A stretch of 64,000 nucleotides of DNA from Thermodesulfobacteriota bacterium (GTDB lineage: Bacteria > Desulfobacterota_D > UBA1144 > Nemesobacterales > UBA2774). Made by a program: the position numbers and the translations under genes. A model generated the notes under the pieces. That model made no database searches, had not been told where the DNA came from, and was given only the letters and a program-made list of their open reading frames with translations. The stretch's first letter is position 1, and every line of letters starts with the position of its first letter. The stretch lies in assembly GCA_965223335.1 (NCBI GenBank), contig OZ244991.1, positions 128,001 to 192,000 of the forward strand. The letters run 5' to 3'. Shown piece by piece: positions 10,633 through 20,530 of this stretch.

Positions 10633-10914
10633 CTATCTAAAGTCTTCCCCTAGTATCTGCACCATACGAAAAATACCCTCTGAAGCCGGGAGCTCGGGTA
10701 TAGAAGACCCCACATTCTCGCTTATTGCATCAGCGTCAGTACCGTCCCATTCACAAAATACACGTGTAACCAAGCCCTGATCGTTCAACTGTACCCAGCT
10801 CTTAACCCAATAGGCATCCAATGACACATTTGCCTTACATCTGCGTGCTATCGGTGCTATCGCTTCCGGATTAACCGGAGGGTCTACCGGATGGATTGCG
10901 ATAAATTTTGGCAT
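10633..10914 (-). CDS. DUF4242-like small protein
   Basis: MPKFIAIH...WVKSWV...RVFCEWDG.DADAI pattern resembles DUF4242; strong SD AGGAGG. Confidence 0.65.
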   Translation of the reverse strand: MPKFIAIHPVDPPVNPEAIAPIARRCKANVSLDAYWVKSWVQLNDQGLVTRVFCEWDGTDADAISENVGSSIPELPASEGIFRMVQILGEDFR

Positions 10915-10958
10915 ATTACCTACCTCCTAAGTAGTTTTCTTAATCAAACATCACCTAG

Positions 10959-10974
10959 AGCAAGGCTCATGCCA
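10959..10974 (-). promoter_or_regulatory. sigma54 (-24/-12) promoter of the DUF4242-like gene
   Basis: Minus strand TGGCATGAGCCTTGCT, GG-N10-GC, 45 nt upstream of the ATG. Confidence 0.75.
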
Positions 10975-11026
10975 TTTTGCAACGCACTGTTATTATTAGA
11001 TTTTAGAGTTTTAAAAGATCATTGAT

Positions 11027-11041
11027 GTCAACTATGTTGAC
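11027..11041. promoter_or_regulatory. palindrome, candidate enhancer-binding-protein site
   Basis: GTCAAC-TAT-GTTGAC perfect inverted repeat, 54-68 nt upstream of the -24 GG. Confidence 0.45.
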
Positions 11042-11242
11042 GGTTTTCTCTGCAATGCAAACTTCATTGACAAGCACCAAGCTGTGATGAGATCCGATTT
11101 TCTCTGGATTTATTCTCCATTCGAATATGATATGTGTATACCTCAACGATGAGTAGATGCATGGAGAATTCCAAAAAAAGTAATAGAACATAGTAAAAAA
11201 TGTGTTAAGTTTTATGTTTTAGGTGTGCTGAGAGAAACCGAG

Positions 11243-11848
11243 ATGAGAGTTTTGCTAACTATAATAATCTTACTGTTTGTCACCGGCTGTGCATCTGTAT
11301 CCACTAACAGGGACAGAGCATACAGGGTACCGAAAAAACCACCACCCAAAACCCAGCCAAAACCTGCGGAAGAAACACCCAGTCAGACACTTAAGGCGAA
11401 TGAGTTCGAGGCCGAATACGACGAAGTATGGTCTGCAACGCTGGCAGCTGTGGATTGGTTGAAATGGCCCCCTGCTTATGTCGACAAAAATGACGGCACA
11501 ATCAGATTAAAAGAGGCCTATGTATATAGAAAATCCGGCAAATTGTTTAGAGCCTATATTTGGCCTAATAGAGACCTCCTCGCGACTTCCAATATTAACG
11601 ATTATATAGACAGGGTCTCTTACTATAAACCGGGAGTGGGCGATGCACTTTTTACACAGGAAAACATGGTCATAAAAGTTGACCGTGCCTCAGAAACACT
11701 GGTCAGTGTAACCATAAATTATCGAATCCGCCCCTATGCCTACTCCGGTAAGATAGGGTATGAGAGCAGGTCCAAGGGCTATATAGAATCGCTATTGCTT
11801 GAAGAAATTCAAAGGAGCCTAAAGAACAGGCCTGTTGCAATAAGATAG
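11243..11848 (+). CDS. hypothetical lipoprotein
   Basis: MRVLLTIIILLFVTGC lipobox, Pro/Lys-rich linker, then a globular domain. Confidence 0.75.
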   Translation: MRVLLTIIILLFVTGCASVSTNRDRAYRVPKKPPPKTQPKPAEETPSQTLKANEFEAEYDEVWSATLAAVDWLKWPPAYVDKNDGTIRLKEAYVYRKSGKLFRAYIWPNRDLLATSNINDYIDRVSYYKPGVGDALFTQENMVIKVDRASETLVSVTINYRIRPYAYSGKIGYESRSKGYIESLLLEEIQRSLKNRPVAIR

Positions 11849-11906
11849 CAATCCAAACCATCCCACTGTGCTTTTATATTCGATGTCCCCGTGTCTCAAA
11901 AAGTGT

Positions 11907-12911
11907 TTAAGGCTTGTACAGCCCCATATGGTTTATTATCTGTTCCATATTCTCTCTGGCTGTTTCATTGGCTCTTGCAGTACCCTCATGCAGTATATCC
12001 CGCACATCGTCCATCCTGTTTTCATAGTATGTCCTTTTCTCGCGAATTGGCTCGAGCAATCTGTTAATAGCGGCGGCAAGCTTCTTTTTAACCTCCACAT
12101 CACCAACGTTCCCGGTCTCGTACCTTTGTTTTAAATCCTCGATTTCCTCGACATTATCGTTAAAAGCATCGTGATATATAAAGACCGGATTGCCCTCGAC
12201 CGTGCCTGGGATATCCGCTCTTATGCGTTTTGGGTCGGTGTACATACTGCGCACTCGCTTCTCCACTTCCTCTGGCGTGTCCGAGAGATAAACACAGTTG
12301 TCTAGACTCTTACTCATTTTTCTATTGCCGTCAGTCCCCACAAGCCTAGGTGTTTCACTCACCACAGGCTCGGGTTCCGTAAAAAACTCGCCGTACAGGT
12401 AATTAAAACGCCTTGCTAACTCCCTTGTAAGCTCTATATGGCTCAACTGGTCCTCACCCACCGGCACCTTTGTGGCCTTAAACATTAGTATGTCCGCAGC
12501 CATTAGCACGGGGTATCCCAACAACCCCACAGAGTAGTTCTCACCCACTCCCATGTCCTGTATCTTCTCTTTCAGTGTGGGTATCCTCTCGGCGCGCGGC
12601 ACCGCACAGATCATAGCCAGCATCGTGTAGAGCTCCGTAATATAAGGAATCTGCGACTGAACATAGAACACAGATTTCTCCGGGTCCATACCCACGCTCA
12701 GCCAATCCATCACCATCTGAAGCGTGTTCTCCTCTACCTCCGACACTTTGTCGTAATGGGTGGTGAGCATGTGAAGGTCAGCTATAAGAAAGTAACACTT
12801 GTAATCATCCTGGTACTTAATACGGTTTTCCAGCGACCCGACAAGGTGCCCCAAGTGAAGCCTGCCGGTCGGTCGGTCCCCCGTAACTAGTATCGGTTTC
12901 GATGCGGGCAT
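11907..12911 (-). CDS. trpS: tryptophan--tRNA ligase
   Basis: TGDRPTGRLHLGH, GYPVLMAADI, VPVGEDQ, KMSKS. ATG 12911 chosen from SD spacing. Confidence 0.97.
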   Translation of the reverse strand: MPASKPILVTGDRPTGRLHLGHLVGSLENRIKYQDDYKCYFLIADLHMLTTHYDKVSEVEENTLQMVMDWLSVGMDPEKSVFYVQSQIPYITELYTMLAMICAVPRAERIPTLKEKIQDMGVGENYSVGLLGYPVLMAADILMFKATKVPVGEDQLSHIELTRELARRFNYLYGEFFTEPEPVVSETPRLVGTDGNRKMSKSLDNCVYLSDTPEEVEKRVRSMYTDPKRIRADIPGTVEGNPVFIYHDAFNDNVEEIEDLKQRYETGNVGDVEVKKKLAAAINRLLEPIREKRTYYENRMDDVRDILHEGTARANETARENMEQIINHMGLYKP

Positions 12912-13047
12912 AGAATTCAAATCCTCCTAATACAATACGTTGCTTCGATCGTGCAAATCGTTTTATAGTACTCGATCTATCTGAGTAGAGTCAATAAATC
13001 GTAGATAACATTCAACGTTAATTATGTTGTAGTATCAAACGGTAGAG

Positions 13048-13524
13048 CTAAATATCGGGGTTACACAAATAATCGGCTAAATAATCACTGACTGTGCTCT
13101 CTGTGATGGCGGCGGGGTTATTGGGCAGGTTGTCTTCCTCAAATACCAACCCTCCGTACATATTATAAAACTTAGATGCCATATAAGAATATGTACGCCT
13201 CTTGCAATCAATCACCGAACGGATCTCGACCTCTTTGTAGAGTAGACCGTCGGTATCCTCTTGCTCTTGTTGAAACTTCAACTTGCTCCAAGACTCCATA
13301 AAATCCCCGTTCACAAACACAGTACTCTCGTCTATGTATAGATCATAGATCCTGGTCCCGGTTGCTTTACCAACATATGTCCAGTCCCTCTCTACGCGAG
13401 ACCCAAGCTCCTCAGTTTCTGTTTGTGCAGTATCCTTGCCCCCTGCCATATCTCCGTTATCGACATTATTTGCGGCACACGAGAAGAGCAAAGATATAGT
13501 TATTATTAAGGGTAATAGCCTCAT
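13048..13524 (-). CDS. lipoprotein, surface-adhesin-E-like domain
   Basis: Lipobox LFSC; W.YVG...YID..TV...W.K...IDCKRR...C-terminal LC pattern. Start may be GTG 13536. Confidence 0.6.
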   Translation of the reverse strand: MRLLPLIITISLLFSCAANNVDNGDMAGGKDTAQTETEELGSRVERDWTYVGKATGTRIYDLYIDESTVFVNGDFMESWSKLKFQQEQEDTDGLLYKEVEIRSVIDCKRRTYSYMASKFYNMYGGLVFEEDNLPNNPAAITESTVSDYLADYLCNPDI

Positions 13525-13602
13525 AGATAAAACCACATTCCAGAAATTATAAAAACCCTAGTTGGATACTCCGGGGTTGATACAACAAAGCGTTTATCCA
13601 CA

Positions 13603-14160
13603 CTACTTGTTGACTTCTTTATCGTTTTGGTCGGGCTTATTCCACTGCTCGGGGCTGGGCTGTTTTTGCATCTTGCCCTTGCCATCGCCCCTGCGCTGAA
13701 GCATGTTGTGCTGACTTCTTTTCACCATTGCTCTTAACCGTTTGAAATCTTGTGCACCCACAACATCCCTTATCGCCGCTAAACCGTCAACATATGACTC
13801 CGTCATTTTCTCGTGCAGTTTGTTCGATGCGCCCATCTCCTCTTTAACCGCTTTGGGATCAAAATCCGGGTCTTGCAGCATTTTTACAATTTTTAGGTGC
13901 GAGATTTTAAATTCACTCTCTTCACGGATTATAGGAAACACGTATTTTTCCTGGATAGCACTCAACTCCCCCACCTGTTTATCATCAAGCCCGAGGCTAT
14001 TGGCCCTCATAATCAACATGTTCAGGTTCTTGCTGTATTTATCGGACGACATCGCAAATCCCCCGTCACCGCCCTGGTGCTTGTATGGTTTTATATTCTG
14101 GGCCCAGCCATAACCTGTGCCCAATACAACTAACAACATAATCGCTGCGATTTTTTTCAT
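13603..14160 (-). CDS. periplasmic Spy/CpxP-like helical protein
   Basis: Signal peptide, LGLDDKQ..EL..I, L.DPDFD...V, Met/Lys/Gln-rich tails; SD GGAGG. Confidence 0.6.
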   Translation of the reverse strand: MKKIAAIMLLVVLGTGYGWAQNIKPYKHQGGDGGFAMSSDKYSKNLNMLIMRANSLGLDDKQVGELSAIQEKYVFPIIREESEFKISHLKIVKMLQDPDFDPKAVKEEMGASNKLHEKMTESYVDGLAAIRDVVGAQDFKRLRAMVKRSQHNMLQRRGDGKGKMQKQPSPEQWNKPDQNDKEVNK

Positions 14161-14324
14161 AATACACCTCCCCAACCTCTATTATCCTTATATTTTAACC
14201 TATAGATCTTTATTTTCCCGGCATTTTAGAGCCCTACCCCAAGTAGTGACATCAATATTTTAGGTATCAGTTTATTGAACCCCAGGCAACAACCATGTTT
14301 CAGGGCCCAGGGAATTGGGATATG

Positions 14325-14398
14325 CGCGCCCGGAGGGAGTCGAACCCCCAACCTTTTGATCCGTAGTCAAACGCTCTGTCCAGTTGAGCTACGGGCGC
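14325..14398 (-). tRNA. tRNA-Arg(ACG)
   Basis: GCGCCCGTAGCTCAACTGGACAGAGC..TTTGA-CT-ACG-GA-TCAAA..GGTTCGACTCC..CGGGCGCG; CCA not encoded. Confidence 0.97.
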
Positions 14399-14410
14399 AC
14401 AGAAGCAATA

Positions 14411-14438
14411 ATTTTACTGACTCTAAGCCTATGATCAA
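14411..14438 (-). promoter_or_regulatory. sigma70-like promoter of tRNA-Arg
   Basis: TTGATC-N16-TAAAAT just upstream of the tRNA. Confidence 0.5.
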
Positions 14439-14520
14439 ATTACGAGAGCATGACACCTGCAAATAGGAAGACTCACAGATGTTTAAATTTCCGGAATTTC
14501 ATATATGATATTTAGCTCCC

Positions 14521-15150
14521 ATGGCTGCTATATTGGAAGACTTACTAGACCGAGAAGTTGATGCTTACGTGGTTCGCCTCGACAAGATGGCTGAGGTAAG
14601 AGCGCTTTTAGACGGCACCATCGATCGTGATATATACATAAGATTTTTAAAGTCATTCTATACGATCGAGATGCTTAGCCAAAACATTGTAAACAAAGCC
14701 TGCTCTCTTACTGCCGAGTCCAATTCATATCTGAGCGAGCGGTTTGAGCTCTGTGCCAAAGGTGAATTCGGTCACGCAAAGATAGCACGTACAGATCTAG
14801 AGAAGCTCGACATTCATGAACTAAATGTCGAGAGCCTCAACTGTGTCAAAGAGTATGAATCGTTCCTAGAGGGGGGGGTTATGGAGAATCCGCTCACCAT
14901 TTTGGGTCATTCGTACTTATTTGAGAACACCTCTGCAATCCTCTTTCCCCGATACCAAAGGCTTGAGTTCCCCTCCAGGTTTGTACGAGTGCATGCAATT
15001 GAAGACCCCAAACATGCCAAAGCAATTAAAGAGACCGTTAGAAACATCGAAGCTTCACTCAATCGGCAGGAAGTAAACAGAATTATTGCGTTTACCAGAG
15101 AGAGTGGGGATCATTTCCTCAATGTTTTTAATGAGTTAGATGCCTTATAA
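14521..15150 (+). CDS. heme-oxygenase-like (TenA/PqqC/HDO, iron-containing redox) protein
   Basis: All-helical; GEFGH, YLFE and F..VH...DPKH give the E/H ligand set typical of HO-like dimetal enzymes. Confidence 0.7.
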   Translation: MAAILEDLLDREVDAYVVRLDKMAEVRALLDGTIDRDIYIRFLKSFYTIEMLSQNIVNKACSLTAESNSYLSERFELCAKGEFGHAKIARTDLEKLDIHELNVESLNCVKEYESFLEGGVMENPLTILGHSYLFENTSAILFPRYQRLEFPSRFVRVHAIEDPKHAKAIKETVRNIEASLNRQEVNRIIAFTRESGDHFLNVFNELDAL

Positions 15151-15154
15151 GGTG

Positions 15155-15246
15155 TGGCGGAGAGGGTGGGATTTGAACCCACGAAGGAGTATTAGCCCCT
15201 TACTCGCTTAGCAGGCGAGCGCCTTCGACCACTCGGCCACCTCTCC
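15155..15246 (-). tRNA. tRNA-Ser(GCT)
   Basis: GGAGAGGTGGCCGAGTGG..CTCGC-CT-GCT-AA-GCGAG, long variable arm, GGTTCAAATCC, ends GCCA. Confidence 0.97.
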
Positions 15247-15370
15247 CTAACCAAAAACTATTATACACGAATACAGTAGCCTCGGGGTCACTAAAATAAC
15301 AAAATGCAGTGATACTGTCAATCGATTTGCATAACCTAACAATTCAAATGTACGAGATAAGAGAATTGGA

Positions 15371-16339
15371 CTATTGGGGGCATTTTGTTCCCCTAACATC
15401 AGCTTTAATCAAAGTATACTTTGCAGTACCCTTAGGTGATTTGTGTTCGTGATATATAAGCCCTACCCCGTTGGCATATATATCCGTAAAGCTGAAGTCA
15501 TCTTGTTCGAGGTCAAGTATCATCAAGTCCTTGAATGTGCCTGCGGGTGTGGTGAATTCCCTATCCTTGTTGATAGCTCTTTTGACATTGTCATTATAAA
15601 ATGTATCAACAGCTTTGCCGTCCGATACATATATAGCACCGTCTTGTTCAATCCTCATTGCTATGCTGTCCTTTCCAAAGAATTTGTCAAAGATCGACCA
15701 ACCTTCTGTAACGGATTGTATAGTATAGGTCACGTCCTTTTGCTCTTTACCATCGCTCTCGATTCTATAGGTCCATGTGCTTCCTCGATCCATGGGGAAG
15801 TAGTCACCCATCCTTATTTCCGGGACCTCGCCAAATGTATTTGTATACGGCTTAACCTGCCCTATCGAATAGCCTTTGGGTAATGGTGATTTATTATTGG
15901 CATTTATTAACCTTACCTTGTAGTCCGCCTGGGTGGGATTAGGAATGGATGCTATCACATAGGGAAAAAACTCCCTTTCCCAAGCCTCTGCCACGGGACC
16001 TTGCTGATATATGTTGTAAATAACGTCCATCAACGTCTTGGATTTACCCTCGATTCTAACGAGCTCTACAATACCCCCTGACGCCTCGCCCTTGTCATAA
16101 GACGATATAAACACAATAGAATTTGCGTTGAAATCTACCTCGGGTATCTCACTTGAGTCTATCTCAAGCACACCTAGCAATGAATCAAGTTCTTGTTGGC
16201 TGCGTATATACGAATCCCCGGGTAGTTCGGGCCCGGGCGCTGCACCCTCACCAAGCACCTCAAAGTCCACTGCCAGTACTTTTGCTGCAGTTGCAGTGAT
16301 TAAAAAGCTGCAAAGAAAAAACATTAAGGTATAACGCAT
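15371..16339 (-). CDS. secreted two-domain protein (PrcB-C-like N-terminal domain)
   Basis: Signal peptide; IRSQQEL..L...IPEVDF....V and PYVIA resemble PrcB_C; second domain YFPM..G.TWTY...TPAGTF...YANGVGLI. Confidence 0.6.
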   Translation of the reverse strand: MRYTLMFFLCSFLITATAAKVLAVDFEVLGEGAAPGPELPGDSYIRSQQELDSLLGVLEIDSSEIPEVDFNANSIVFISSYDKGEASGGIVELVRIEGKSKTLMDVIYNIYQQGPVAEAWEREFFPYVIASIPNPTQADYKVRLINANNKSPLPKGYSIGQVKPYTNTFGEVPEIRMGDYFPMDRGSTWTYRIESDGKEQKDVTYTIQSVTEGWSIFDKFFGKDSIAMRIEQDGAIYVSDGKAVDTFYNDNVKRAINKDREFTTPAGTFKDLMILDLEQDDFSFTDIYANGVGLIYHEHKSPKGTAKYTLIKADVRGTKCPQ

Positions 16340-16444
16340 ATTAATCCTCTTAATTACAAATTTCTATAAATTATACTGCATTTTATACAGTTGTTGATTG
16401 GGTTATTTAAATAGCGGGACATTAAAGTTAATAATGTGAGCTGA

Positions 16445-18655
16445 TTATTCAGAATTATCTAATTCATACACCAATCTTCTAAACTCTTCAATCTTAAACG
16501 GCTTGGTCAGAAACACATTCCCTGTATCATTGATGAAGCGCATAGTGTCTTCACTCGGATCGCCAGTGATAAAAATAATCCTGTTTGCCAACTCAGGGTT
16601 CTTCTCTTTAACCTCATTGTAAAAACTCCTTCCATCCATAAGCGGCATCTTGATATCACATACAACAAGGTCATATCTGTTTTCACGCAATTTCAAAAGC
16701 GCATCTTCTCCGTTATATGCAAGGTCGGTATTATAACCCTCGTCTTCCAATATCCCTTCCATGAGCGCTATGATGAGCTCCTCGTCTTCAATTACGAGTA
16801 CTCGCTGTTTATTTAACTCGCGTTGAGTTTCTAACTCTTCTTCCGCTTCCTGCATCTGTATAAACTGGCGATAGTTAATAATGGGCAGTTGTACTACGAA
16901 CACCGAACCTTGGTCAGATTCACTCTTTGCATAGATCTCCCCGCCATGTTCCTTTACAATGCCGTATGACACAGATAACCCTAGACCTGTACCGACACCC
17001 ACTGGTTTAGTTGTAAAAAACGGATCGAATATCCTCTGTAGAACCTCTCGGGGAATACCGGGACCGTTATCCGATATTGTGATCTCTATCATGTCACTAT
17101 CACCTACACACGACTTAACAAGCAGCTCCCCATTATTTCGTGCCTCCCTAATTGCCTGGTCGGCGTTCAGTATTATGTTGGTTAACACCTGCTGAATTTG
17201 AGTTGAATCAATCATAGTTTTAGGCAGGTTAGGATCGAGTTCGCGCTTAACCGATATGTTGGAGAGCCCGAGTTGATACTCCCTGAACTCTATAGATTTC
17301 TCTATTAACTCATTTACGTCCGCGTATTCTCTCTTAGGTTTATCCTTTCTCGAAAACGAGAGCAGATTGTCAACTATCCTTTTCACTTTATCAGCTGAGT
17401 TGTGAATAATTTGTAAGTATTTCGATACTTTCTCAGGCTCATCCTCCAAGCTCGTGAGCAGCATCTGAGAGTAGCCGAGTATGGGAGTCAGGGGGTTGTT
17501 GATCTCGTGTGCAATACTTGCAACGAGTTGACCCAGTGAAGCAAGCTTCTCAGTCTGGACGAGCTGATTTTGGGTATTTCTCAGGTTTTCATAGAGTTCG
17601 CCGAGCTCACTCGCACGTTCCTGTATCTCATTGAACATATTCGCTTTTACAATAGCCGCACCCACTTGGCTGCTGAACGAGGTTAAGAAATCAATATCCT
17701 GTTTGCTAAATTTACTCTTGGTAGAGCTTAAAAAGTGGAACGCTCCTATCACTTTGTCCCCAGTTATTATGGGTATAGAAAGCGAGCACTTTTCATCTTT
17801 TTCAAGCTCGATCGTATCCCCAGGCAGTGTCAATATGGTCTGACTGTTGTGCTCTATAGGTTGGCCGGATTCGATTACCTGCCAAGTGAGCCCTCGTGGG
17901 GAGGGGATCCTGTCCATTTTCTTGGCATGTTCTTTAGAGTAACCGCTTTGAATCTGTAGAACCGCATCGTGTGAGTCAAGCTCCGTATCCAATATGTATA
18001 TACAGATTCGGTCAAACAGTTTCAGGTCCTTAGTAATGTGGAGCACTGCCATGTAGATGAGTCTAAGATCAATTGCTTTATGGATCTCCTGCGATACAGA
18101 GCTTATCAGCGAGAGATTCCTATAGCGTTCTTCGAGCTCATTTGTACGCTCTTCTCTTAGTATTGCAGATGCAATCTCGCTTCCGATAGATGTAATTAGA
18201 TCGGCTTCTATTTCGTTGAATTCGCGGCCCGGAGAACTCCCGAACCATACTGCACCCCGCACCGATTCCCCACTCAGGACAGGAACACCGATCAACGATT
18301 TAGATGCAATGTGTGAACCGAGATCACCCAATTCTGAGCTATCCGAAACCACCACTTGCTCACCCCTCTCAATCACCTGCCATAAAATCCCATGCGATGT
18401 GTTAAGTGTGGCAGCCTTGTCGAGATATGGTTTTGAAGCATTTATATGAGACTTTAATCTGGCCTCTGAAATATCTTCATTGACCAGGTATATTAAAACA
18501 AGTTCTACGTTTTGAAGCCTCGCAACCGATTTTAATACTTTATCGTAATCGATTTCAAGTTCATGAGAAACATGTAGAGTTTTTACAATATCGAGCAGAA
18601 CATAGAAATCTTTGTTCAAGTCGTACTCGTAGGCTCTGGCTTCTTCCGTATTCAT
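16445..18655 (-). CDS. hybrid histidine kinase (GAF-GAF-HisKA-HATPase-REC)
   Basis: [49 protein letters not shown]-terminal receiver ([10 protein letters not shown]). Confidence 0.93.
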   Translation of the reverse strand: MNTEEARAYEYDLNKDFYVLLDIVKTLHVSHELEIDYDKVLKSVARLQNVELVLIYLVNEDISEARLKSHINASKPYLDKAATLNTSHGILWQVIERGEQVVVSDSSELGDLGSHIASKSLIGVPVLSGESVRGAVWFGSSPGREFNEIEADLITSIGSEIASAILREERTNELEERYRNLSLISSVSQEIHKAIDLRLIYMAVLHITKDLKLFDRICIYILDTELDSHDAVLQIQSGYSKEHAKKMDRIPSPRGLTWQVIESGQPIEHNSQTILTLPGDTIELEKDEKCSLSIPIITGDKVIGAFHFLSSTKSKFSKQDIDFLTSFSSQVGAAIVKANMFNEIQERASELGELYENLRNTQNQLVQTEKLASLGQLVASIAHEINNPLTPILGYSQMLLTSLEDEPEKVSKYLQIIHNSADKVKRIVDNLLSFSRKDKPKREYADVNELIEKSIEFREYQLGLSNISVKRELDPNLPKTMIDSTQIQQVLTNIILNADQAIREARNNGELLVKSCVGDSDMIEITISDNGPGIPREVLQRIFDPFFTTKPVGVGTGLGLSVSYGIVKEHGGEIYAKSESDQGSVFVVQLPIINYRQFIQMQEAEEELETQRELNKQRVLVIEDEELIIALMEGILEDEGYNTDLAYNGEDALLKLRENRYDLVVCDIKMPLMDGRSFYNEVKEKNPELANRIIFITGDPSEDTMRFINDTGNVFLTKPFKIEEFRRLVYELDNSE

Positions 18656-18808
18656 AACGATCGATTCTCTACGAAAAATATATAAATCTTTTTATATAAC
18701 ATTGCAAACACCTAGTGATTCCACAAAACACTCTTTTTTAATTTTATAGCATTCGCAACCGCAAAAAATAATAATAGGAAAATACAAATATAGCCACATT
18801 GTGTCCGA

Positions 18809-20089
18809 CTATATCTGGTTTAAATATATGTAATCTAAATATAAAGGTATACTGCGGTCCTTAAGTCCTCTCGCTACAAAATCGGGCCAATCATAAAACA
18901 GTTTATCGGCGTCTCGAATCATACCAAGGATATTGTTTGCAGAGTCTATATCACCCTGTTCAAACACAGCTATTATACGGTGTGTACACTCCTCTATTGC
19001 TTCCTCTACAAGATCATAGTCTACTACTATATTTTTGTCTTGATTATCGAACTTAATCGCACCAGACGAAGCCAACCAACTAAATGCAATATACGCAGAC
19101 CCGCTGTCTGCATATCGGTACAACCCACCCCGCCTGATATACCTCAGCATCTCTGCAGTACACACGATATATGCAGCCTGGGTGCTTTCCGCATTTAACA
19201 ATGCAGCGTTTAGGTGCTTTATATTGTGGAGTGCGATTAAGTCCGATTTTAATTCGTGTAGGATCATGTAACCCATCTCGTCACTTTCTTTTAGCTGACT
19301 TAGATTATCTGCGCCGATGAAATGTCCAATGTCATGCCCCCGTAGCCACAACAATAAAACCCTGGCAACCGACTTGTCACTTAAATCGCGAATCATATCG
19401 TAATCACTCAATAATATTTGCGCTATGGGTTTCGAGATTAACTGAAATCTCGTAGTATATAGGTTTGTAAAAACCGTCATATTGGAAAGCGATGCCAGTT
19501 CTTCATTACCGCTTTTAGAGTAGAAAACGCATATCGGTTTATGTCTTATATTAAGTACCCCCGCAAGCGCAATCACATCCAAGCACCGAGCCTCTGGGAA
19601 TTGTTGATTCCCGGTCAGCGTGTCCCGCCCCCTGCCTTTGACTAAATCCTTGGTATAGCTTTCAAATCCTGCGTCATATCGCCCTATAATATCTTGATAT
19701 CCATTGTTTATTACCCCTACTACCCCGGCATATCGGCTATCCAGAGGATTAGAGAAAACCTTTCCTATGATCATCTCCACGCTGTGTGTGCTGTTGCAAT
19801 CAATGCGTATGGGAACCATATCGTAAATCCCCGAAGCGAGTGTATCCACCTGTTTGTTGTATCTTGTTCTCTCATCCCCGCACAAGAGCATAGAATTCTT
19901 GCGAAGCAGTTTAAGTGTCTTATCAAAGAGCAGTTTCTCTACTGTCAGATCAAGCTGTCCAACTGACTCCATCTCATATAACGCATTGATATAATTTAGA
20001 GTTTTAAGAAAATTATTGGTTGGTTCCCTAAGTGTCTCGGGCAACCCAAGATTGAGTTCAACTATTAGGGATTTATAAAAATCGGACAT
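18809..20089 (-). CDS. peptidase M49 (DPP III)-like protein with altered metal motif
   Basis: GHDIGH and LHELKSD correspond to HExxH and EExKAD of DPP III-like proteins; C-terminal FSWL..SGAI.FD...VDY. Confidence 0.55.
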   Translation of the reverse strand: MSDFYKSLIVELNLGLPETLREPTNNFLKTLNYINALYEMESVGQLDLTVEKLLFDKTLKLLRKNSMLLCGDERTRYNKQVDTLASGIYDMVPIRIDCNSTHSVEMIIGKVFSNPLDSRYAGVVGVINNGYQDIIGRYDAGFESYTKDLVKGRGRDTLTGNQQFPEARCLDVIALAGVLNIRHKPICVFYSKSGNEELASLSNMTVFTNLYTTRFQLISKPIAQILLSDYDMIRDLSDKSVARVLLLWLRGHDIGHFIGADNLSQLKESDEMGYMILHELKSDLIALHNIKHLNAALLNAESTQAAYIVCTAEMLRYIRRGGLYRYADSGSAYIAFSWLASSGAIKFDNQDKNIVVDYDLVEEAIEECTHRIIAVFEQGDIDSANNILGMIRDADKLFYDWPDFVARGLKDRSIPLYLDYIYLNQI

Positions 20090-20139
20090 ACAATCAGACA
20101 GTTCACACCGATTATTAAATGCTTAGAGCCTTTGTACCA

Positions 20140-20448
20140 TTACTCTGAATCGAGTTTGATAACTACTTTCTTTAAATAAAGGTCAAGTCGTTCGTTTAAT
20201 GCCTCTATAGAATTTTTGTCTTCCTCTTGTGCGGCCTCTTCAATCTTTTTTCCAATGCTGCTGATCTCTTCAAATCCATACCCCGCACCTGCGCCTTTCA
20301 TGCTATGGCCTAATCGTTTAATCTCTTCCATATTTGAATCGAGTAATAACTGTTTGATAAGTTCGACATCGTTTCTACGGTTTTCCATAAACAATGGCAC
20401 AAGGTCCTCGATATCAGGGTCAACATATACAATCTCATTATCATACAT
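20140..20448 (-). CDS. Hpt (histidine phosphotransfer) protein
   Basis: LGHSMKGAGAGYGF..IS.IG..IE; ATG 20448 after GGAGG. Confidence 0.92.
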   Translation of the reverse strand: MYDNEIVYVDPDIEDLVPLFMENRRNDVELIKQLLLDSNMEEIKRLGHSMKGAGAGYGFEEISSIGKKIEEAAQEEDKNSIEALNERLDLYLKKVVIKLDSE

Positions 20449-20530
20449 CGTTAAATCCTCCACTCTCAGTATCAATAGTACATTTAGTTATAATACACTA
20501 ATTTCTTAATCTGCGGAATCAACCCAATGT

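Noticed and set aside
11003..11191. 62-aa minus-strand ORF
   Set aside because: It overlaps the putative enhancer region, has no SD or motif, and has atypical composition.
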